11,577 bases of DNA from Fibrobacteria bacterium (GTDB lineage Bacteria > Fibrobacterota > Fibrobacteria > UBA11236), in contig JBGTHM010000041.1 in assembly GCA_041746255.1 (NCBI GenBank), positions 1 through 11,577 of the forward strand. The letters are read 5' to 3'. The position numbers and the translations under genes are program-made. Within the stretch, counting starts at the first letter, position 1. Every line of letters begins with the position of its first letter. Of this stretch, positions 1-6,453 are shown piece after piece. The notes beneath the pieces were generated by a model. That model saw only the letters and a program-made list of their open reading frames with translations, had not been told where the DNA came from and searched no databases.

Positions 1-662
1 CCGAGCAGGCTGTTGGTATTCGCGGAGCCCCGCTGGTCGTCCCCATTGGGATTGGCTTCGTCGATGTAATTGGTGGAGGCCTTGCGGTCGCCCCGGACAC
101 CCTTTCCGGGGGAATTGGCCGTGGCATTGCCGGTCGATATCCACAGGTTTCCGTTTAAATCGAAAGTCATGGAACCGCCGGTATGGCAGCATCCGGTATA
201 GGACAGGGGGATTTCCAACAGGATTTTTTCGGTATTGGCCGCGAGCGAATTTCCCTTGAGGGTGAAGCGGGAAACGCGCCAGGATTTATTCGCGTTAACG
301 CTCCAGAATATATAGACCCAGGCGTTGGTTGCGAATTCGGGGTCGAGCGCGATTCCGGTTACGCCATGTTCCGCCTCGGTCAAGGCGGGTAGATTAATCA
401 GGTCGACGACATTCTTGGTAGTGGGCAACCACATGCGGACCTTGCCCTTCAGTTCCACGAAGAGGATTCGTCCGTCTTCGGTTATCACCATTTCTATCGG
501 CTCCGAAATTCCATGGGTATTTCGGGTTACCAGGGGCACCTTTACGAAGTCCTTCTCCGTGACATCGGGGCAACCGGGATAGCTCAGCTGTGCCTGCGCG
601 TCCGCAACGCTCAAGGCCAGGGCAATGCCAGCCGAAAGTCCGAATTTCATAAAGCTCCACAT
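1..662 (-). CDS. Secreted PQQ-dependent sugar dehydrogenase (glucose/sorbosone dehydrogenase, GSDH beta-propeller family), 5' part; runs off the left edge
   Basis: Not in the ORF track because it has no stop in the window. Manual translation is open from ATG 662 (AAGGAG 6 nt upstream; alternative in-frame ATG 650) to base 1: MWSFMKFGLSAGIALALSVADAQA|QLSYPGCPDV...EPIEMVITEDGRILFVELKGKVR...EHGVTGIALDPEFATNAWVYIFWS...RVSRFTL...EKILLEIP...CCHTGGSMTFDLNGNLWISTGN...SANTNSLLG. It has a signal peptide (AQA), and the GIALDPxF..N.WVY, RVSRF, HxGG..F..G.L.ISTG and N.LLG motifs typical of GSDH proteins. Confidence 0.9.
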   Translation of the reverse strand, partial: MWSFMKFGLSAGIALALSVADAQAQLSYPGCPDVTEKDFVKVPLVTRNTHGISEPIEMVITEDGRILFVELKGKVRMWLPTTKNVVDLINLPALTEAEHGVTGIALDPEFATNAWVYIFWSVNANKSWRVSRFTLKGNSLAANTEKILLEIPLSYTGCCHTGGSMTFDLNGNLWISTGNATANSPGKGVRGDRKASTNYIDEANPNGDDQRGSANTNSLL

Positions 663-772
663 CAGGTACTCCTTGGAATCGCTACCCGTAAGTTCGGATC
701 AGTAAATCATCACCCTAATGTAAGGAATAATTAGGATTACCACGCTATCTGTTCTCTATAAGAAACTTAAAC

Positions 773-794
773 ACTGTTTCCAATTGGGAACAGT
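773..794. promoter_or_regulatory. 22-bp palindrome, candidate transcription-factor operator upstream of the GSDH gene
   Basis: ACTGTTTCCAA|TTGGGAACAGT: 10 of 11 symmetric pairs and no loop, about 110 bp upstream of the start at 662. Confidence 0.45.
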
Positions 795-862
795 TTTGAG
801 GGGGAAGGTGCGGGCCATTTTGGGGGCCAATGGGAAAATAAGGGATGGTTTCCGCCAGCGGA

Positions 863-1660
863 TTATTTACTGCCGGGAATGGATTTCCACCCCTCTTGAC
901 GTCCGTTCAGGTAGAAAAGCGCCTTTTCATTGCCGACGAAAATGGCGTTTTTGCCATGGAACAAAGCCGTAGTTCCGGTAGCCGATAACCCGATGGAATG
1001 CGGATTTCGGGAAAGAGAAACCACCTCTCCCTCCTTCAAGGACAGCGGGAGCGCGTCCAATTCGGTATCCGCCGTCGCTTTGCCCGTGGCCGCGGACCAA
1101 GCGTGATCCTCATACTTGAACAATGCCAATCGATCGACGGCGTGGTTGGCCGACCGGCGTGAAATGCCGACAGTATGCTTTCCCGCGGTGAATTCCTGTC
1201 GGAAAGCCTGCGCATCAAAATCCTTGGTCGAAGTTTCCCAGGTCCATTTGTTCAGTCCCTTGGCATTCACGTAAAACTTTTCCCAGCCGTTGGTCTTGAT
1301 GGAATATCCCCCCGCAACCGGCTTTCCCGACATCTTGAGAAAGGAGTCGTTGTTTTCGGTGCTGCTACTGCCCGATGCTATACGGTTCCGGACCACCAAC
1401 TGGTATTTCCCAGGGTTGGTGATGATGATTTCGTAGTTCAGCGCATCCGCCCCGGCGTTGCCGTTGGACTTAGCGCGGTAGTACGATTCTCCGAGAAATC
1501 CGTCCAGGCTTTTCTCCACGGCCCAGCTGCCTTTGGCCGGTTCGGCTTCCACATCGATCACAACGACGCCGTCTTTTTCCATAAAGACGCCGGCCGCCAT
1601 GGCCTGCGATACACATAAAAAAATCGAGGGGATGGTAATCCAACTGATTAGGCTTTTCAT
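863..1660 (-). CDS. Secreted 265-aa protein, single beta-sandwich/carbohydrate-binding-like domain with a short basic C-terminal tail
   Basis: RBS AGGAG before ATG 1660 and signal peptide ending AMA. The FMEKDGVVVIDVE...G.LG.SYY...LNYEIIITNPGKYQLVVR...NDSF...GKHTVGISRRS...VDRLAL pattern resembles the galactose-binding-like modules found on glycoside hydrolases. C-terminal FYLNGR. The function is not determinable. Confidence 0.75.
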   Translation of the reverse strand: MKSLISWITIPSIFLCVSQAMAAGVFMEKDGVVVIDVEAEPAKGSWAVEKSLDGFLGESYYRAKSNGNAGADALNYEIIITNPGKYQLVVRNRIASGSSSTENNDSFLKMSGKPVAGGYSIKTNGWEKFYVNAKGLNKWTWETSTKDFDAQAFRQEFTAGKHTVGISRRSANHAVDRLALFKYEDHAWSAATGKATADTELDALPLSLKEGEVVSLSRNPHSIGLSATGTTALFHGKNAIFVGNEKALFYLNGRQEGWKSIPGSK

Positions 1661-1981
1661 TGAAGGTACTCCTGATAAAAGTGCATATCCATTAACATCC
1701 CCGTTCGCATGTCAGGCTTTCTGACTCCGCCGGGAATCCTACCCGGTTAATATTAAGCCCGTTTCACGCCTATAGGTGGCTACGTCGCGTTATATAAGGT
1801 GTTTACCCAATTTTCCGTATTCTTGAGAGAACTATGGTTTTGATGGGGTGGAGGGGATGGGAGATGCCGGTTGCGCTGCTCCGGCGCCTGGCCAGTAGGA
1901 ATCGATTGGCGGACCGCCCCCGGTGCCTAATTGGGGGTGAAGTGGTTATCTCTCTTTCACATCCTCGCGATTTTTCCGCTC

Positions 1982-2005
1982 GAACTTATCATTAATGTTA
2001 AGTTC
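1982..2005. repeat. 24-bp near-perfect palindrome in the 1661-2107 intergenic region
   Basis: GAACTTATCATT|AATGTTAAGTTC: 11 of 12 pairs, extendable by CGCT(1977-1980)/AGCG(2006-2009) with a 1-nt bulge. Confidence 0.5.
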
Positions 2006-2107
2006 AGCGAATGGATTGGGTAACCGATTAGGGCAGTAACCCAAAAGGCCCACCGAGCACCACCGCCAGGCCTCACTTCACATAGCCTCACCTCAAAACC
2101 AAACCCT

Positions 2108-3910
2108 TCAACCCGCAGCCCGCCGCAGAAAATCCATGTGGGCCTTGAACGCCAGATGCGCCCTGCGCTCCACCGCCGCCCGCGACAGCCCTTTGAACAG
2201 CCGCATAAACCGCACCGCCAACCGTTCCCACGCCGATAATTTCACCAGCCCCCGGGCATGCAAATGGTGGATGATATCGCCGAACACCCCGTTCCATACC
2301 ACGATGCTCATGTTCATCCCCCAGATGAAATTGCTGCGATGGCAGATGATGAGATGATGTTCCTGATTATTCAAACCCGGATGGCGGTAGCTGGCCTTCA
2401 GCCGGATAAAACCGATGCGTTCATAAAGCGGAAGCAATTCCGTTACCGCCGAGGTCAAAAGCCAATGGCGGTCGGAAAGCAAGAAGTGCTTGAGCCCATG
2501 CTCGAAAAGCCCTTGCAACAAATCGGTGCCGCGATAATCCGCGTCGATACACAAACGCGATACTTCGATCAGGTTCGACTTGGGCGGAATCGCCACGGGA
2601 TACTTCCTCCCGGGAAAACCGGCCTCACTGTCCAGCACGGTGTCTTCGGAGTTGGGAAAGCCGAAGGTAACCGATCCCACCAATCTATCGCCATGGTAGG
2701 CGCAGAGAATACGGCTGCGGGCGTCGAGCAAGTTGGCCATGTCTTCGGGAGCGGTGCCCGCCGGAACCTTGCCGGCCAGCACATAGCTGTCGCGCCGCAA
2801 GTGAAGCACCCGGGCATAATCTTCCAGCGTCTTTACGGAACGAAACCGCAAGTGGCCGCGAATCCGCCGCGAACGGAATCCGCAGGCCATCAGCCGCGCG
2901 GGGGTCCAGCATTGGGTGTAAATCAGGTAATCGCATAGGGCATTGTGAAGACGGTAGTGGATATCCAAACATTGTACGCCGAATTTGACTTCGTCGGCAT
3001 GCGCGGCTTGCACCCAGGCGACGCGGCCCACATAGACCAGGTGCCTGAACCCGGCCAGTTCGAAATGCAATTCGACTTCCATGCCTTCGAATAGCAGGGT
3101 GGAGGCGTCGCCGGATAAAAAGGCCATTCCCATTTCGCCGTTGATGTCGGAGACTTCGAGCCGGCACCAGCGGTCGAACAACAGCGGGTGCTTGAAGCGC
3201 GCGCGCAGGGTCAAACCGGGCGTAACGGCCAGGCGCGATCCGTCGCGACGGTCGTTGGAGACCACGCGGGGAAAGTTGAGATCGAGCCGCCGCAAACCCA
3301 GGCGGATACCCGATTTCATGGCGGTCATGTTTTTGACTTCGCAGACGGCCTCGAATTCCTGGCCGGGCTTGAGCGCAACCTTGAGATGCAATTCTTCTCC
3401 GACATGGAGCTGTTGGCTTATGGTTTCTTCAACGACTACGCCGAAGCCGATGGAAGAGAAATCCCATAACTTCACTTTCAACCATTGGTCACTTCCGGTT
3501 AACCGGACATGGGTGGGAAAGATTCCCAATTCACGCAAGGAAATGCGATCTAAGTGGCGTAATTCTTCACCGCGCCGGGGTTTGAATTCACCGGTGACCA
3601 GACTGTCCAAATCCACTGCAGGGGAAGCGGTCCAATCCACTTCGGGTTTGGCGACGGGTTTTTTGGGCGGGGAGTCGGAGCTGTTGGTAGGCTTTACGCT
3701 CCGTTCGAGAAATCGATCCAAATGCCGGTCCAAGGCGTTTCCGGAGCTGAGGCCATCGACGGAGAGGGATTCATGGAGCGCCTCACCGTGGGGCCCGGAA
3801 GGTTCATCCAGGGCCTCTCGCATCTCATGGGCAATGGATAGCGCCATCGGGGGATGGGCCCTGAGGTTGCGACGACGTAATTTGTTCTTCTTGGACATGA
3901 TGATTTGCAT
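2108..3910 (-). CDS. Tandem PilZ domains fused to a GNAT-fold N-acyl amino acid synthase (FeeM/LuxI-like) domain, paralog A
   Basis: 600-aa ORF. PilZ1 has RHLDR (RxxxR, aa118-122) and DFSSIG (DxSxxG, aa150-155). PilZ2 has RDGSR and a degenerate DINGEMG. The C-terminal GNAT has EDYARVLHLRRDSY, ILCAYHGDRLVGSV, LIEVSRLCIDADYRG and LYERIGF. Start uncertain (3910 or 3898); the first ~85 aa look disordered. Confidence 0.8.
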   Translation of the reverse strand: MQIIMSKKNKLRRRNLRAHPPMALSIAHEMREALDEPSGPHGEALHESLSVDGLSSGNALDRHLDRFLERSVKPTNSSDSPPKKPVAKPEVDWTASPAVDLDSLVTGEFKPRRGEELRHLDRISLRELGIFPTHVRLTGSDQWLKVKLWDFSSIGFGVVVEETISQQLHVGEELHLKVALKPGQEFEAVCEVKNMTAMKSGIRLGLRRLDLNFPRVVSNDRRDGSRLAVTPGLTLRARFKHPLLFDRWCRLEVSDINGEMGMAFLSGDASTLLFEGMEVELHFELAGFRHLVYVGRVAWVQAAHADEVKFGVQCLDIHYRLHNALCDYLIYTQCWTPARLMACGFRSRRIRGHLRFRSVKTLEDYARVLHLRRDSYVLAGKVPAGTAPEDMANLLDARSRILCAYHGDRLVGSVTFGFPNSEDTVLDSEAGFPGRKYPVAIPPKSNLIEVSRLCIDADYRGTDLLQGLFEHGLKHFLLSDRHWLLTSAVTELLPLYERIGFIRLKASYRHPGLNNQEHHLIICHRSNFIWGMNMSIVVWNGVFGDIIHHLHARGLVKLSAWERLAVRFMRLFKGLSRAAVERRAHLAFKAHMDFLRRAAG

Positions 3911-3928
3911 TCGATGGTATTCTGAAAT

Positions 3929-4696
3929 TCAATTCCAGGGTAGGGTGATGGGTTTATCGGAATCGCCGGTTTGCGTGGATTTGGGAGTGGGCGCCGCGGT
4001 TTTATCGGGACGACTCCAGGTGAAGTTCCAATCAACCCGTTGGTCCACATCGTCGAGAATTCCCTGCAACATGACTCCGTGCAGGCGGCAGGTGCCGGTA
4101 ACACCGTGCAGCACGGCCTTCAAATCGTCTTCGGAATGGATGGCGTCGCGGAAATTCTGTTCCATGAGTTTGGTATGACCGAGATCGACTTCGGCATGTT
4201 CGCCGATAAATTCCATGGCGTTGTCGGGCACGCCGATAGCCCGCAGTTTCTCGATAAGGCCGGGGCCGTTTTCCGCGGGCAGCATTTCCAGGTGATAGAC
4301 ATAGCCGAGATAGGCGAGGGGATGGCTTTGCATGATTTGGTACACGGCGAAAGCGGAGAGGGCCTCGGTGGTGGGCAGGGGGCGGCCGTCGGGAATGCCG
4401 GTGATGTCGCCGTCGAGCTTGCGCAAATCTTCGAGGGCCAACAGGTGATGTCCGTATTCGGAGGCGGCATGCCTTTGCACTCTTTGAAAGATATCCGCCT
4501 GGCGGCCTTTGAGACGCGAGGCGAATAGGGCATAGGTGTGTGGGTTGTCGCGCGTGTTGTAATAGGTTTCGCGCAATAGGGTTTTATAATGTTCGAGGGT
4601 GAGCTGGTTCGCGGCCAACTTTTGGAAGAAAGGCGTTTGCAAGAGACGGGCGCGGGCATCGTGCCATTCATTGCGGATTTGTTCGATGACGTCCAT
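3929..4696 (-). CDS. Heme-oxygenase-like diiron oxidase (HDO; iron-containing redox enzyme, TenA/PqqC/CADD superfamily)
   Basis: 255 aa with a helical pattern. The full six-ligand set is visible: E80-x2-H83 (HAASEYGHH), E137 (YVYHLE) and H167-x3-D171-x2-H174 (EHAEVDLGH). RBS AAGGAG lies within the end of the upstream gene, with 2 nt between stop and ATG. Confidence 0.88.
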   Translation of the reverse strand: MDVIEQIRNEWHDARARLLQTPFFQKLAANQLTLEHYKTLLRETYYNTRDNPHTYALFASRLKGRQADIFQRVQRHAASEYGHHLLALEDLRKLDGDITGIPDGRPLPTTEALSAFAVYQIMQSHPLAYLGYVYHLEMLPAENGPGLIEKLRAIGVPDNAMEFIGEHAEVDLGHTKLMEQNFRDAIHSEDDLKAVLHGVTGTCRLHGVMLQGILDDVDQRVDWNFTWSRPDKTAAPTPKSTQTGDSDKPITLPWN

Positions 4697-4698
4697 GG

Positions 4699-6270
4699 TT
4701 ATTTCTCCTTCTTAGGATTTGCGCGCCGATACTCGCGGGCAAGGCGGAGAGATTCGACGCCGCGGGCGAGGGGACGGAAGGCGACAAGGAAGCGCAGGTA
4801 AAGCCGTTGCGGGAGGGATGGCCGCAGCATGCCTTTTTCCATAAGTTCTTCGATCATTTCGGAGAAGAGCAGGTTCCAGCGGATGATGGACATGTTGCGT
4901 CCGAAGAGGAAGGCGTTGCGGTGGGCGAGGATGAGGTGGTGGACCTGGCCGCCGATATCGTCGCGGCGACAGGACGCCCTCATTTTGACAAATCCGATGC
5001 CTTTATAAAGTGGCCAAAGTGACTCGGTACACATGGTAATCATCCAATGTCGATCGGATAACAGGATGGTTTTGACGCATTGGATCAAAACCTTTCGTAC
5101 CAAGTCCCCACCGCGATAATGTAGATGAGTTGCCAGGGCAAAAGCTTCGATCATCCGTTTTTTGGGAGGGACTTTTACGGGGTATTTTTGTCCCGGAAAT
5201 AATTCTTCCGATCTCAGTATAATTTCTTCCCGATCCGGAAAGGTCAAGGTAGCGCAGCCTACCAAATTTTTATGATGGTAAGCGCAGATAATCTGACTTT
5301 TGGAGTCGAGTGGTGTCGCCAAGGATTCGACGGTGCAATTCGGATCCTTTTTTCCGGCATGGATGTAGGCGTTTTGCCTGAGGGCAAGTACCGCCGCATA
5401 ATCGTCCATGGTTTCGGCATAGGAAAACTCCAATTTCTCCCCGAAACGCTTCAGAAAAAAACCAAATTTGCCGAGTCGTGCCGGACTCAAGCTTTCTGAA
5501 TCAAGGATATACTCCCCGATAATATTCGAGAGTTCTGAAGAAATATCCTGACTTTCCAGGATAAAAAGCAAGTTTCCAAAGTTGTCCTTTTTAAGGACGC
5601 ATATTTTTCCGGAAAAGGCTGTGGAATGCTTGCTGGGCAAATCAAATTGAATATCAACATTCATTTCATTGAAAAGCAACAGGGAAGGATCTTCACAGCG
5701 AAACCCAAATCCCATTTTTGGGTAAAGGGATACTGTGGTTAATCTACACCTCTCATTGTATAAGAATGGATTAGTCATGGTTGCCGTAAACCGGTCATTT
5801 GTGAGGCTCAAACGGTCCGGGTGGTTTTCGGGGGAGGAAAGGTCAGGAAGGATATCGAGGCGTCTGATTCCTAGTCGAAATCCTTGCTCATAGGGTTCGG
5901 TGTAAATCACTTCCCCTAATGCGGGATATACAATGCCATCCCATGTCTGGATTAGTAAGTCAAATATCTCGCCTTTATTGGCGGAGATTAATTTTCCGCA
6001 GGCGGAAGAATAAACCAGTTCCAGTTCCAAACTGGAAAAGCCCCACAACCGTGCGGGTGTCCATTCGGGATATTTCTTCGAACGCAACCTAAAAGAGAGG
6101 AAACTGAGCTCTCTTTCATTGACCCGAACCGCCGATTTACCGCCGCGGCATTCAAAAGGTCGCCACAGATCAGGGGGTAACTTGTTTAAATCAATGAAAT
6201 TCCGGGAAACGTCCAAACCAAGATTGACATCCGGTCGGGCAATTTCGGAAATATTGCCTACTTTTTCCAT
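4699..6270 (-). CDS. Degenerate tandem PilZ domains fused to a GNAT-fold N-acyl amino acid synthase domain, paralog B
   Basis: 523 aa, colinear with 2108..3910: LWGFSS vs LWDFSS, GFRLGIRRLD vs GIRLGLRRLD, DDYAAVLALRQNAYIHAGK vs EDYARVLHLRRDSYVLAGK, FPGQKYPVKVPPK vs FPGRKYPVAIPPK, LLSDRHW in both, LYKGIGF vs LYERIGF, HHLIL vs HHLII. No clear SD. Confidence 0.8.
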   Translation of the reverse strand: MEKVGNISEIARPDVNLGLDVSRNFIDLNKLPPDLWRPFECRGGKSAVRVNERELSFLSFRLRSKKYPEWTPARLWGFSSLELELVYSSACGKLISANKGEIFDLLIQTWDGIVYPALGEVIYTEPYEQGFRLGIRRLDILPDLSSPENHPDRLSLTNDRFTATMTNPFLYNERCRLTTVSLYPKMGFGFRCEDPSLLLFNEMNVDIQFDLPSKHSTAFSGKICVLKKDNFGNLLFILESQDISSELSNIIGEYILDSESLSPARLGKFGFFLKRFGEKLEFSYAETMDDYAAVLALRQNAYIHAGKKDPNCTVESLATPLDSKSQIICAYHHKNLVGCATLTFPDREEIILRSEELFPGQKYPVKVPPKKRMIEAFALATHLHYRGGDLVRKVLIQCVKTILLSDRHWMITMCTESLWPLYKGIGFVKMRASCRRDDIGGQVHHLILAHRNAFLFGRNMSIIRWNLLFSEMIEELMEKGMLRPSLPQRLYLRFLVAFRPLARGVESLRLAREYRRANPKKEK

Positions 6271-6381
6271 GTATGATCGAAACTGAAGACGAAAACCATG
6301 TCTATTCTAGGCGGTGGAAGTCGGTTTAGTCAAAAATTAGCGTTAGAATCGGGTGGGGACAGGGAATAGTAGAGTTGGGAA

Positions 6382-6415
6382 AATTGAGCTTTGGGGGCAC
6401 CGCCAAGGGTCAATT
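6382..6415. promoter_or_regulatory. Imperfect 34-bp inverted repeat in the divergent promoter region
   Basis: AATTGAGCTTTGGGGGC|ACCGCCAAGGGTCAATT: 13 of 17 symmetric pairs with perfect outer AATTGA/TCAATT. It lies between the operon start (6270) and the kinase start (6454). Confidence 0.4.
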
Positions 6416-6453
6416 GCCGTTACCACTCAGATTAAGGACATTCGGCGGGGTTA

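Noticed and set aside
183..734. Short ORFs in the track (183..392, 325..582, 394..660, 513..734)
   Set aside because: All overlap the GSDH reading frame 662 to <1, which has a signal peptide and family motifs.
1976..2005. dif/Xer site or integron attC at the palindrome
   Set aside because: TAATGTTAAGT resembles a XerD arm, but there is no XerC-like arm 6 bp away. It is far too short for attC and lacks RYYYAAC.
2258..4528. Long plus-strand ORFs 2258..2938, 3081..4178 and 3971..4528
   Set aside because: They are antisense shadows of well-supported GC-rich minus-strand genes, with no recognisable motifs.
2108..6270. Calling the GNAT domains luxI or feeM, or the HDO pqqC/tenA
   Set aside because: Only fold-level motifs match. 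There is no LuxR, fee or pqq operon context, so gene symbols are withheld. The nearby PQQ dehydrogenase is not sufficient evidence for PqqC.
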